DNA of 64,000 bases from Gammaproteobacteria bacterium (GTDB lineage: Bacteria; Pseudomonadota; Gammaproteobacteria; Ga0077536): positions 137,736-201,735 of the forward strand of contig JACPPA010000033.1 in the NCBI GenBank assembly GCA_016191285.1, written 5' to 3'. A program made the translations under genes and the position numbers. Shown in pieces: positions 51,010 to 60,776 of the stretch; position 1 is the first letter of the stretch; the number at the start of each line of letters is the position of its first letter. The notes under the pieces were generated by a model. That model did no database searches, had not been told where the DNA came from, and saw nothing but the letters and a program-made list of their open reading frames with translations.

Positions 51010-52158
51010 ATGCCACAGTCCGGACGATTTACCCCGCCGCCGCAACAGACCGTGATCTACGGTACGCCGGTGGCGGAGGCGCTTGAAGCCGAACTCGCAA
51101 GCCTTGGCGCGCGCCGCGTGGTGTTCGTCACCAATACCAGTCTGGCCCAGCCGGGGGGGCTCGCCGACACCGTGATCGCGGCGCTGGAACAACGCGCCAT
51201 CGCGCACGTCGTGGGCGTAGGCGCCCATTCACCGCGGGGTGACGTGATCCGGATGGCGGCGACTATGCACGAGCATAACGCCGACGTGGTGGTCGCGTTC
51301 GGTGGGGGTTCGGTATGCGACGCGACGAAGGTCGCGCGATTGTGTCTCGCGAATGCAGTGACAACACTCGATGACATCTCGCGGTTGCGCGCACCCGCAC
51401 CGCAGGCTAAGCCACCGACCCTACCGTACATCTCCATTCCGACCACGCTCTCGGCCGGCGAATTCACCCGTTATGCCGGCGTGACCGATGAGCGAATTCA
51501 GCGCAAGGAATTATTCTGGCACGCGGACGCGGCGCCGAATGTCGTGATCTTGGACGCGGCGATGACAACCGCGACCCCGCCGCGCCTGTGGTTCGGCACG
51601 GGCATTCGGGCCATCGATCACGCGGTGGAGACCTGGTGTTCAGTAAATGTAACCCCCGTGGTCGAAGCCACCTCGCTGCATGCGTTGCGGCTATTGGCGC
51701 CCGCGCTGCGTGCCTGCCAGGCCGACAACACCGCACTCGCGCCGCGCCTCGACGCGCTCATCGGCGCGTGGCTGTCGATCCAGGGTGTAGCGACTGGTGT
51801 CGATCTCGGGGCGAGCCATGGCATCGGTCACATGCTCGGTGGCACGGCCGGCATGCCGCATGGCGAGACCTCGTGCGTGATGCTGCCACACGTGCTGCGC
51901 TACAACCTCACTGTTAATGCCGATCGTCAAGCGAGCCTCGCCGCGGCGATGGGTAGCCCCGACACCCCGGCCGCCGATCTCGTGCAAGCACTGGTTGCGA
52001 GCCTCGATCTCCCCGGCCGCCTGCGTGACGCCAACGTGCCACGCGATCTATTACCGCGGATTGCGGAGGAATCGATGCGCGATATGTGGATCCCGACCAA
52101 TCCGCGCCCGATCACCAACGCCGCGCAGGTCCTTGCCCTGTTGGAAGCGGCGTGGTGA
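51010..52158 (+). CDS. iron-containing alcohol dehydrogenase family (maleylacetate-reductase-like)
   Basis: Fe-ADH fold motifs (GGGSVCD, metal-His segment GASHGIGHMLG). Confidence 0.8.
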   Translation: MPQSGRFTPPPQQTVIYGTPVAEALEAELASLGARRVVFVTNTSLAQPGGLADTVIAALEQRAIAHVVGVGAHSPRGDVIRMAATMHEHNADVVVAFGGGSVCDATKVARLCLANAVTTLDDISRLRAPAPQAKPPTLPYISIPTTLSAGEFTRYAGVTDERIQRKELFWHADAAPNVVILDAAMTTATPPRLWFGTGIRAIDHAVETWCSVNVTPVVEATSLHALRLLAPALRACQADNTALAPRLDALIGAWLSIQGVATGVDLGASHGIGHMLGGTAGMPHGETSCVMLPHVLRYNLTVNADRQASLAAAMGSPDTPAADLVQALVASLDLPGRLRDANVPRDLLPRIAEESMRDMWIPTNPRPITNAAQVLALLEAAW

Positions 52159-52207
52159 GCGCCAATCCGATCGTCATCGCGCACCGCGTTGAGCGAGCAT
52201 TTAAACC

Positions 52208-52705
52208 ATGAATTCTTACGTAGTTCTGCTGCTCGCGTACGCGCAAATCGCGGCCACCCTCACTGGATTCATCGGCGTGGTATTTGTACTCGGTGAACGC
52301 TCGGATGGCCGCCTCAGCGCCAAGGAATCTTCAGCGATATTTCATCTGTTATATTCCGCACTAGGCGCGCTTTTTCTGTCGCTCGTGGCGGTGCTTCTAC
52401 TCGTGGCGCTGGCGACTAACGAACACCTCGCGTGGCGACTTGCCAACGCGCTGTCTGGCGTTGTTCACTCAGCGGGGGCGGGCCGCTTAGCGCTCGATGC
52501 GCGACAAGGACAGGCGGGGTTCAATCGTGCATCGCTCCCCGCGATGAGCATCGGATTTACTGTGATGACTGCAAATTTTGTCATTGCCGCGGGTTACCAG
52601 GCGACCGTCGAAGCCCCGGTATTCATGTTCGCGACACTGTGGGCGCTTGGAATCACTGTAATCTCGTTCGTTGCGTTGCTAATGGCGGGACGACCCACAA
52701 AATAA
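52208..52705 (+). CDS. hypothetical 4-TM membrane protein
   Basis: ORF with four hydrophobic segments. No recognisable family. GC-rich background, so it could be spurious. Confidence 0.35.
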   Translation: MNSYVVLLLAYAQIAATLTGFIGVVFVLGERSDGRLSAKESSAIFHLLYSALGALFLSLVAVLLLVALATNEHLAWRLANALSGVVHSAGAGRLALDARQGQAGFNRASLPAMSIGFTVMTANFVIAAGYQATVEAPVFMFATLWALGITVISFVALLMAGRPTK

Positions 52706-52722
52706 TTCAAGGACCTATTCGC

Positions 52723-53496
52723 GTGCTCAATCGACCTCCACGTATTCTGCTGACCAACGACGATAGCCATGACTCGCCGCTGTTTCATTTCGCCATCGAT
52801 GCCCTGCGCAAGCTCGGCGAATTGCAGGTCGCCGTGCCGGCTACGGAACAGAGTTGGAAAGGCAAGTCGATGACCCGCCACGGTCCACTCTACGCGGAGC
52901 GCATCGCGATTCACGACTTTCCCGCGTGGTCCGTGACCGGAACCCCGGCCGACTGTGTGAATCTCGCGTTATATAACCTGCTCGAAGCGCCACCGGACAT
53001 CGTGGTCTCGGGGATCAACATCGGTAAGAACGTCGGTCTTGGTTTCGTATTTGCCTCGGGTACGGTGGGCGCCTGCTTGGAGGCGAATATCGCGGGCTTG
53101 CCGGCGCTCGCGCTGTCGCAGGAACTCACGCGCGAGGACTTCATTTACTGGGATCAACACCGTGCATTTCGCGAGGAAACCGCGGCGGTGTTGCGGCAAT
53201 CGATTGCCGTGCTGGTTCCCCGCGTATGGGACGCTTTGCTCGGCGATCATTTCACCGAGAAAACCACCTGGAACGTCAATTTCCCGTTTGTCTCCGAAGG
53301 CATTCCCGATCTGCGTCGCACCCGACTCGGCTACACGACGTATCGCGATTGCTTCCGCCAACGCGGCGATCAGTATCTCTTTGGTTTAACGGCCGCGAAT
53401 ATCGATCCCGCGACCGATACCGACGACGCCACGCTCAAGGCTGGCCACGTCAGCGTGACCTTGCTCGACATTCGAACCTTCGGTCAAGGCGTGTAG
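52723..53496 (+). CDS. surE: 5'/3'-nucleotidase SurE
   Basis: N-terminal ILLTNDDS motif and SGINIG. GTG start. The longer supplied ORF from 52432 is an artefactual upstream extension. Confidence 0.8.
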   Translation: MLNRPPRILLTNDDSHDSPLFHFAIDALRKLGELQVAVPATEQSWKGKSMTRHGPLYAERIAIHDFPAWSVTGTPADCVNLALYNLLEAPPDIVVSGINIGKNVGLGFVFASGTVGACLEANIAGLPALALSQELTREDFIYWDQHRAFREETAAVLRQSIAVLVPRVWDALLGDHFTEKTTWNVNFPFVSEGIPDLRRTRLGYTTYRDCFRQRGDQYLFGLTAANIDPATDTDDATLKAGHVSVTLLDIRTFGQGV

Positions 53497-53521
53497 CGAC
53501 CGCGGTTGGCTGACTGACGGG

Positions 53522-53947
53522 CTAGGCGATCAATCCATCGGGATACGCTGCATGCTGCACGATGTCCGGCGGCAGGCTGAGCCACGATTGCGCGCTCGAA
53601 CACCACAAACTGAAGCTCGGCTTGAGGCGTGTCGTGTCGTCCAGCGTACCTCCCATCATCGAGCGTATTTCCGGATATCGATCGAGCGTGATCATGATGG
53701 CCGACCCACATTCGCGGCAGAAATGTCGATATAGACACTTACCATCCGCGTGGCGCGCCGTGTAAATCGCTGGCGCGTTTCGCTCGAACGTTACCGCCTC
53801 GCGCGGAAACACCGTTGCGATCAAAAACGCGGATCCAGATTGTCTCTGGCAGCGTCCGCATTGACACAAGCCCATGCTGATCGGTTCTCCCGCGCAGCGG
53901 TACCGAACCTCACCGCATAAACATCCTCCGCTCCAGACATCCGACAT
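53522..53947 (-). CDS. GFA (glutathione-dependent formaldehyde-activating / CENP-V-like) Cys-rich zinc protein
   Basis: CLCGEVRY ... CQCGRC ... CRECG cysteine pattern. Confidence 0.75.
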   Translation of the reverse strand: MSDVWSGGCLCGEVRYRCAGEPISMGLCQCGRCQRQSGSAFLIATVFPREAVTFERNAPAIYTARHADGKCLYRHFCRECGSAIMITLDRYPEIRSMMGGTLDDTTRLKPSFSLWCSSAQSWLSLPPDIVQHAAYPDGLIA

Positions 53948-53995
53948 AACCGACCCTCCCCTTACCTTGATTCCCTATTCTGGTAGATTACCCCG

Positions 53996-54907
53996 ATGCG
54001 TGAAGACATTGCATTCGATGCCAACGGCACGACCTTGCGTGGCTGGTTATACCTGCCCGAACGCGCATCCAATCGTTGTCCCGCCGTGGTTCTCGCTCAC
54101 GGATTTTCCGCGTTGAAAGAAATGGGTCTCGATGACTATGCGGCGGTATTTACGGCAGCGGGTCTTGCGTGCCTCGTCTACGACCAGCGCAATTTCGGCG
54201 CAAGTGACGGCGCACCGCGATACGACATCGATCCTATCGCGCAGATGCGCGACTATCGCCATGCGATTACGTACGCTGAATCGCGCCGTGAGATTGACCC
54301 TGCGCGCATCGGCCTTTGGGGCACCAGTTACAGTGGAGGGCTCGTGTTAATGGCCACCGCGCTGGATCGACGCGTGCGATGCGTGGTGAGCCAGGTGCCC
54401 TTTATCAGCGGTTTCGAAAGCTTTAGACGATTGATTCCGCTCGATCGGCAGACCGCCTATTTTTCGCGCCTGGAAGCCGAACGCCGCGCGATTGCAGCAG
54501 GGGCTGTCCCCAGCGTCGTAGAGATTTGCGCCGACGATCCCGCGCAGCCAGCGGATTCGCCGGGACGCCTCACCTATCGTTATTTCAATTCGTTCCGCGA
54601 GTCGAAGCGGGTTGAGTGGGACAATAAGGTCACGTTGCGCTCGCTCGACTATCGTCTCGAGTTCGACGCGCGCCCCTTTATGTCGCGCATAAGTCCAACG
54701 CCGCTATTAATGCTGGTCGCGACTCGCGACACCATCACGCCAACTGAGGTTGCGCTGGAAGCGTACGCGCAGGCACACGCGCCGAAAGCCCTGGAACTGC
54801 TGGAAGGTGATCACTACCAGCCCTACCAAGCGGGATTTGCGGCCAGTAGCGCCGTTGCACGGGATTGGTTCGTCACCCACCTCATCGGCAAGATGGGTCA
54901 CCGATAA
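53996..54907 (+). CDS. alpha/beta hydrolase (dienelactone-hydrolase / acetyl-esterase like)
   Basis: GWSYSG-type nucleophile elbow (GTSYSGG). Confidence 0.7.
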   Translation: MREDIAFDANGTTLRGWLYLPERASNRCPAVVLAHGFSALKEMGLDDYAAVFTAAGLACLVYDQRNFGASDGAPRYDIDPIAQMRDYRHAITYAESRREIDPARIGLWGTSYSGGLVLMATALDRRVRCVVSQVPFISGFESFRRLIPLDRQTAYFSRLEAERRAIAAGAVPSVVEICADDPAQPADSPGRLTYRYFNSFRESKRVEWDNKVTLRSLDYRLEFDARPFMSRISPTPLLMLVATRDTITPTEVALEAYAQAHAPKALELLEGDHYQPYQAGFAASSAVARDWFVTHLIGKMGHR

Positions 54908-55058
54908 CCAATCGATCGCGGGCGCGAGTGGACCTACCGTATCACTGCACACAGCAGTGATACGTACCGTTGCGTCGTCTGTGTGACCGCAGACAGGCCG
55001 CCTAGCACGCGAAGTTTTGTGCCATTATTCCACCCCCAATAATTGCGGAGCATCACTC

Positions 55059-55904
55059 ATGGATATCGGCGTCATCATGTTTCCGACCGACCAGGCCATC
55101 CAGCCCATGGAACTCGCGCGCGCCTGTGAAGAGCGCGGTTTCGAGTCGCTATGGTTCCCAGAACACAGTCATATTCCAACCAGTCGCGAGACCCCCTGGG
55201 GCGGACGTCCGGAGCTCGGGCCGCTGCCGGAGGAATACTGGCGCACACACGACCAATTCGTGGCCCTCGCTGCTTGCGCCGCGGTCACCAAGAAACTGCG
55301 TCTCGGCACCGGCATCACGCTGGTCGCACAGCGTGACCCGGTGTGGCTGGCGAAGGAAGTCGCGAGCCTCGATATGCTTTCCGGCGGGCGCTTTGAGTTC
55401 GGCATCGGTTATGGCTGGAATGTCGAGGAAATGCGCAATCACGGCCTCGATTTCAAGCTACGCCGCGAAATCCTGCGCGAGCACATGCTGCTGATAAAGG
55501 AACTGTGGACGAAAGAAGAAGCGAGCTTCAACGGCAAGTATGTGAAATTCGAGAAAAGCTGGGCCTGGCCGAAGCCGACTCAGAAGCCGCATCCGCCAAT
55601 CCTGATGGGCGGCGCCGCCGGCCCCAAGACCGCCGATCACGTTGCCGAGTTCTGCGACGGTTGGATGCCGCTCAGCGGACTCTATGATTTCGACAATGGG
55701 TTGAAGCAAATCCACGATGCCTGCCGCCAACGCGGCCGCGATCCGAAATCGGTTAGTCTCGGCATGTTCTTCGCAGCGCCGCCGGCGGGCGACGCGATGA
55801 AAGGGTTGCCGGAAAAAGGCGTGACCCGGGTAATCCTGCCGCTCCCAGCGGCCCCGGCGAGCACCGTGCTGCCGCTCCTGGACAAGTATGCGAAATTCAT
55901 CTAA
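55059..55904 (+). CDS. LLM-class flavin/F420-type oxidoreductase
   Basis: GFESLWFPEH ... FGIGYGW. Start at MDIGVIMF. Confidence 0.75.
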   Translation: MDIGVIMFPTDQAIQPMELARACEERGFESLWFPEHSHIPTSRETPWGGRPELGPLPEEYWRTHDQFVALAACAAVTKKLRLGTGITLVAQRDPVWLAKEVASLDMLSGGRFEFGIGYGWNVEEMRNHGLDFKLRREILREHMLLIKELWTKEEASFNGKYVKFEKSWAWPKPTQKPHPPILMGGAAGPKTADHVAEFCDGWMPLSGLYDFDNGLKQIHDACRQRGRDPKSVSLGMFFAAPPAGDAMKGLPEKGVTRVILPLPAAPASTVLPLLDKYAKFI

Positions 55905-55986
55905 TTGCTGCGACGGCAGTCCACGCGCTAGCGCAGTGTGGACTGCCGTCCGGCCCCTTGCCACAAAAATTAAGGAGTCAATCGCG

Positions 55987-56880
55987 ATGGCGAACGTACA
56001 AATTGACAACATCCGCACCATGCTCAAGACCAACCCGATCATCGCCGAAGGCGCGACCGTGGAGCAGATGCGTAAGGGTCTCGATGCGATGGGCTCGGCG
56101 ACGCCGAGCCTCCCTGGAATCAAGTCCGCGCAGGTCGACGCTGGCGGCGTGCCCGCGGAATGGATCACGCCTGCGGGTGGCGATACCGGTCGCGTGCTGC
56201 TCTACCTGCACGGCGGCGGCTACGTGCTCGGCTCGGTGCAATCCCATCGTCCGATGATCGAGCGCTTAGCGCAGGCCACCGGCGCGCGAGTACTCGCGCT
56301 GAACTATCGTCTCGCACCGGAGGCGCCGTTCCCGGCCGCCGTGGACGACGCCGTCGCGGGTTATCGCTGGCTGCTTAAGCAGGGCGTTAAGCCTGCGCGC
56401 ATCGCCATCGCGGGCGATTCCGCCGGCGGCGGTCTGACCCTGGCGGCGCTGATCGCGCTGCGTGACGCCGGCGATCCGATGCCCGCCTGCGCGGTGCCAA
56501 TCTCACCCTGGACCGACATGGAAGGCAGCGGCGCCTCGATGCAGACCCGGGCCGCGGTCGATCCGATGGTGCAGAAGCCCGGGCTGGAGGCGATGGCTGG
56601 CACCTATCTCAAAGGCGCCGATCCCAAGCACCCGCTGGCCTCGCCGCTGCATGCCAACTTGAAGGGCCTGCCGCCGCTGTTGATTCAGGTCGGCGACGCC
56701 GAGACCCTGCTCGACGACACCACGCGCCTCGAACCCAAGCTCAAAGCCGCCGGGGTCGACGCCACCATCGAGGTGTGGGAAGAGATGATCCACGTGTGGC
56801 ATCTATTCGCCCCCATGCTCGACAAGGGCCAGCAGGCCATCGATCGGATCGGTGAGTTCGTGCGTAAGCACATCGCCTAA
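55987..56880 (+). CDS. alpha/beta hydrolase, HSL/arylesterase-type esterase
   Basis: HGGG oxyanion motif (LYLHGGGYVLGS), GDSAGG nucleophile. Confidence 0.8.
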   Translation: MANVQIDNIRTMLKTNPIIAEGATVEQMRKGLDAMGSATPSLPGIKSAQVDAGGVPAEWITPAGGDTGRVLLYLHGGGYVLGSVQSHRPMIERLAQATGARVLALNYRLAPEAPFPAAVDDAVAGYRWLLKQGVKPARIAIAGDSAGGGLTLAALIALRDAGDPMPACAVPISPWTDMEGSGASMQTRAAVDPMVQKPGLEAMAGTYLKGADPKHPLASPLHANLKGLPPLLIQVGDAETLLDDTTRLEPKLKAAGVDATIEVWEEMIHVWHLFAPMLDKGQQAIDRIGEFVRKHIA

Positions 56881-57002
56881 GGTCGGACGGTGTTAATCCG
56901 TTTCGGCGGAAGGCGCTGCGCTTTTCCGTACCGCGCTTGCACCCGTAGTCGAACAGCGCTCGGTTTTAGATTTATTGCGCCATCAACTCTTGGAGAATAC
57001 TC

Positions 57003-57296
57003 ATGACTTGCCAGGTAATACTTGAATTAAAAGCCAAACCCCATTGCATCGAAGACGTTAGAATCTGGTTGCGCGGCGTACTGCCCGATACGCGCGGATT
57101 CGACGGCTGCGTAACCCTGCATGTGGTCCAGAATCAGGACGACCCAACGGCCATCGTCATCGTCGAGCAGTGGGTAACCCGCCAACATTATGAAAAATAT
57201 CTGGCGTGGCGCACCGCACGCGGCGATATGGTCGCGTTCGGCGCGATGATGGATGGCGAGCCCAAAATTCGATTCTTCGATTACTTCCGGGTGTGA
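57003..57296 (+). CDS. antibiotic-biosynthesis-monooxygenase (ABM) domain protein
   Basis: 97 aa ferredoxin-like ABM fold sequence. Confidence 0.7.
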   Translation: MTCQVILELKAKPHCIEDVRIWLRGVLPDTRGFDGCVTLHVVQNQDDPTAIVIVEQWVTRQHYEKYLAWRTARGDMVAFGAMMDGEPKIRFFDYFRV

Positions 57297-57333
57297 GGCA
57301 TCGCCCGGGTGGATGGTTCGATCCCGTGTCGCA

Positions 57334-57615
57334 CTAGGTGACTCGCATGAGTGCGACGTAGTGGCCGATGACGATGATCGCAGCGGCGACAAAAATCCAT
57401 GTCTCGTACAAGAAGCGCCAATTCCCCGGGGCCTGCGCCGCTTCCATGAAATGCCGGAGCACCAGACGAGCCTTGACTGCGGCAATGGTGACAATCACCA
57501 AGGTCGAGAGGGGTCCAAGCAGGCGCCTTTCGAAAATATCGAATGACGCGAGAGTGCAAGCGATCAAGATCAGCCATATCGCGAACGGCATCGGAGTTCG
57601 AAAATCCTTACGCAT
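57334..57615 (-). CDS. prokaryotic cytochrome oxidase subunit IV-like small membrane protein
   Basis: 3-TM about 93 aa protein directly downstream of a COX III-like gene. The start is placed at MRKDF just after the COX III-like stop. Confidence 0.55.
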   Translation of the reverse strand: MRKDFRTPMPFAIWLILIACTLASFDIFERRLLGPLSTLVIVTIAAVKARLVLRHFMEAAQAPGNWRFLYETWIFVAAAIIVIGHYVALMRVT

Positions 57616-57617
57616 CG

Positions 57618-58223
57618 TCACACCAGGTAGAGCAGCGGAAAAATAAATAGCCACAGCACGTCAACGTAATGCCAGAACACGCCGACGTTTTCGAGACCCG
57701 TCGTGTAGGCCGGCGAATCCAGGCAGCGGATGCTTCGCTGGCGGTATGAATTAAGGAACACCATGCCGGCGACAACGTGCAGAAAATGCACGAACGTGAT
57801 GAAGTAATAAAACGAGAAAAAAGGATTCGTCGCAGGGCTGAAGCCGAGCAAAATCTTGGCGCGGTACTCGATGATCTTGCTCGCCACGAACATCAAGCCA
57901 CAGACCAGCGCGAGCGCGAGCCGAGTCGCGATAATTTTCGGCGCGCCGCGCCGTGCTGCGTGCACGGCCTCGACCACCAACCACGAACTCGTCAGCAATA
58001 CCAGGGTATTGCACAGTCCAAAGATTTCGTTGAGATGAGATTGAGATGACTTAAATAGCGAGTATTCATCCAGACGCTCGGTCATGAACACAAAAAAAAT
58101 CAACGTGAAGATGACCATGTCGATGAAGACAAAAAGCCACAGACCGTCGGTGCCAATCTGCTGTTGGTCGTGTCGGAACGTCGGTGAACGCGGAGCGTCC
58201 GGTGCGGAATCAGGATGGTTCAT
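57618..58223 (-). CDS. heme-copper oxidase subunit III-like protein (COX3 family, NorE/CyoC-like)
   Basis: C-terminal WHYVDVLWLFIFPLLYL signature. About 5 TM helices. Confidence 0.75.
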   Translation of the reverse strand: MNHPDSAPDAPRSPTFRHDQQQIGTDGLWLFVFIDMVIFTLIFFVFMTERLDEYSLFKSSQSHLNEIFGLCNTLVLLTSSWLVVEAVHAARRGAPKIIATRLALALVCGLMFVASKIIEYRAKILLGFSPATNPFFSFYYFITFVHFLHVVAGMVFLNSYRQRSIRCLDSPAYTTGLENVGVFWHYVDVLWLFIFPLLYLV

Positions 58224-58421
58224 CGCCGCGATTTCTTAATTGCGCCCGAGCAGTCCTCTGGCCACCTAAAGTTCGGCGGCGGACATGGCAGCCCGCGGTC
58301 GGGGTTGGATGTGGTTTTGAGGATTCGCGGCAGTCGCGGAAAGAATCGCGACTACCGGCGAATAATACTAGTGTGCCGTCCGTAATGACCTTTCGTGACG
58401 AGTCGTCAGCGGCGCGTCTTC

Positions 58422-58484
58422 GTGGGAGCCGCTTTAGCGGCGAATACAGCCGTTATATCCTTTCGCGGCTAAAGCCGCTCCCAC
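58422..58484. repeat. REP-like element family 1, copy 3
   Basis: gtgggagccgctttagcggcgaatac...tttcgcggctaaagccgctcccac. Confidence 0.6.
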
Positions 58485-58541
58485 AAAATAACGCTTCGAA
58501 CTATGCCGGTTCATTGCGGCACACCACACCAGGTGCCGTGC

Positions 58542-59321
58542 TCAGCGACTGGCGACTGCAGCCACGGGCACGAACTCACGGCGACGATGCGTAAGTTCTT
58601 TCAGCATGAAGTAACTGTAGGGCGAGAAAAAGCCGAACAGCCAAGAGCCGAACACGATATAGAAATTCCAACTGCCTGGCAGCGCGAACGGGCCTTTATC
58701 GACAAAGGGAATCAGCACCAGTGGCACGAAGACGATCCCGATGGCGATTGCGCACCACCCTGCCCAGGCCGGAAAAATCGTCTGACGCTTATTCAGAATC
58801 GTGTAGAGGCCGAGCCCAGTCAGCTGCACCGTCGTGATCATGAACGTCACGTCATAGATGAACCAGCCGGTCGCGTGCAGCAGTTTGATCACACTGGGGT
58901 CGAACGTAGTCGCGAAGACGGCGCAGCTCAGCCATATCGCCGGACAGAAGGCCAGCACCCAAGCAGTCAGGGCACCGCCGGTGAGTTCCATGAAGCTGAA
59001 AACGTTAAAGCCACCGGATTCGTCACGCATCATAAACGCCAGCAGGCACGACCACGGCAGGTATAACAAGGCGACGACGCAGCATCCGGCCATCCCGATC
59101 GCGATCGAACTCTGATACTTGCCGTAGTAATCCGCGACCAGCTGTTCGGGAGTTAAGCCCATGACATTGGGTGGCGGAATGTTATGGCCCAGGATGCCCC
59201 AGAAGACCAGATAGCCGAGCACAAAGAGCGGTCCGCACCAGGCGACACACAACTCCACCAGGTTTTTTGTTTCTTTGTCCATAACCGCCCCTTGAGTATT
59301 AGTGTTTGCGAATTCGAACAT
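58542..59321 (-). CDS. hypothetical polytopic membrane protein
   Basis: About 7 hydrophobic helices. Start uncertain (alternative Met at 59282). Confidence 0.45.
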   Translation of the reverse strand: MFEFANTNTQGAVMDKETKNLVELCVAWCGPLFVLGYLVFWGILGHNIPPPNVMGLTPEQLVADYYGKYQSSIAIGMAGCCVVALLYLPWSCLLAFMMRDESGGFNVFSFMELTGGALTAWVLAFCPAIWLSCAVFATTFDPSVIKLLHATGWFIYDVTFMITTVQLTGLGLYTILNKRQTIFPAWAGWCAIAIGIVFVPLVLIPFVDKGPFALPGSWNFYIVFGSWLFGFFSPYSYFMLKELTHRRREFVPVAAVASR

Positions 59322-59543
59322 AATATTGAAATAATAGTCAATATCGTTTCAAGACCGCTTGCGCTGGGTGTTCTATGACAAGGCGCGAGCGAGACGAATA
59401 CAGCGCAACATCACACGGTGGAGAGGTGACATGACGCACTACGACACGGTCATTAAAAAGCGGCGCCATCATTGCAGAATGTCCAGTTGGCACGGCGTGA
59501 CATCGGTTGCGATCGGTAATTGTGGCGTCGGTGGGCAGCGGCC

Positions 59544-60767
59544 ATGATGTCGACCGGTAGCGCCACGAGTTTTGACCACGCGACCTTTTCGTTCGATCCC
59601 CTGAGCGCGGCGGTCCGGGCCAATCCCTACCCGTACTACCAATATCTGCGCGAGCATTCTCCGGTACATTTCGTACCGACACTGAACGCCTATGCGATCA
59701 GCCGCTACGAGGATGTGCGCAATGTACTCTCCAACCACGCGCAATTCTCATCGGATCCCTTGATTCGGATTGCCTTTGGCGAATTCAATCCCGCAGGCGA
59801 TGCGCGTTACGTCCTGGCCTCCGATCCGCCCCACCACACGCGTCTGCGCGCCCTGGTGAACAAGGCGCTGTCGAACCGCTACCTGACCGAGATCCGCAGT
59901 GAGATTGAGCACACGGTAAGGGGATTACTGCAGGATCTCCCACACCAGCGGGAATTCGACTTCATTGAACAGTTTTCCTCGCCGCTGCCGGTCAAAATTG
60001 TGGGTGAATTTCTTGGCATCGAAAGTGCGCGGACGGCGGATTTTCGGCGCTGGTCGAACAGCATCACCGCCGGCGGCAATGCAGAGCTCCTCACGGAAGA
60101 CCAGCGTCAACAGATTCGTTCGGATGCTAGGGAATTTCGCGAGTATTTTCTGGCCCGCATCGCGGATGCGCGCAATCACCCCCGGCCGAATTTGATTGGC
60201 GCCTTGGTCGCCGCCGAAGAACAAGGGCAGAAGCTATCCGCAGACGAAGTGCTGGCGATGTGCGTGCTGCTGTTGATTGCCGGCAATGAAACCACCACGA
60301 CCATGCTCGCGAATGCCCTGATCTGCATGCGCGATTTTCCGGCGGTGGCGGCGGAAGTGCGATCCGATCGAAGCCTCATCCCCAACTTCATCGAGGAAAG
60401 TCTCCGCTACAGCTCACCCATTCAGTTGCTGTTTCGGCGCGCGACCTCGGACACCGTCATCGCCGGGATCCCGATCGCGAAGGACCAAATCGTGATGCCG
60501 ATTTATGGCAGCGCCAACCGCGATGGCACCATGTTCGAAAATCCCGATGTCATGAACCTGCATCGACCCGATGTGCGTAAGCACGTGGCGTTTGGTTGGG
60601 GAATTCATATGTGCGTCGGACGCGCGCTCGCAAGCCTGGAGGGCGATATCGCGTTGAATGCACTGTTTGATCGCTTTTCGAAAATCGAAATCACTTCGCC
60701 AACCATCGAGTGGGTTGACGCGTTCTATCTGCGCGGCCCGAAGAATCTGCGCGTTATCTGCAGTTGA
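59544..60767 (+). CDS. cytochrome P450
   Basis: Heme-binding loop FGWGIHMCVGRALA, ExxR (ESLRY), I-helix AGNETT. Confidence 0.85.
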   Translation: MMSTGSATSFDHATFSFDPLSAAVRANPYPYYQYLREHSPVHFVPTLNAYAISRYEDVRNVLSNHAQFSSDPLIRIAFGEFNPAGDARYVLASDPPHHTRLRALVNKALSNRYLTEIRSEIEHTVRGLLQDLPHQREFDFIEQFSSPLPVKIVGEFLGIESARTADFRRWSNSITAGGNAELLTEDQRQQIRSDAREFREYFLARIADARNHPRPNLIGALVAAEEQGQKLSADEVLAMCVLLLIAGNETTTTMLANALICMRDFPAVAAEVRSDRSLIPNFIEESLRYSSPIQLLFRRATSDTVIAGIPIAKDQIVMPIYGSANRDGTMFENPDVMNLHRPDVRKHVAFGWGIHMCVGRALASLEGDIALNALFDRFSKIEITSPTIEWVDAFYLRGPKNLRVICS

Positions 60768-60776
60768 CGTCAAAGC

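Noticed and set aside
52432-52722. Upstream extension of the surE ORF (supplied as 52432-53496)
   Set aside because: The SurE homology begins at VLNRPPRILLTNDD (GTG at 52723). The upstream 97 codons overlap a separate membrane-protein ORF in another frame and have no SurE similarity.
57290-57345. tRNA-like T-arm sequence ggttcgatccc just after the ABM gene
   Set aside because: I could not assemble acceptor, D and anticodon stems from the flanking sequence. Upstream bases are ABM coding sequence. It is probably a chance match.
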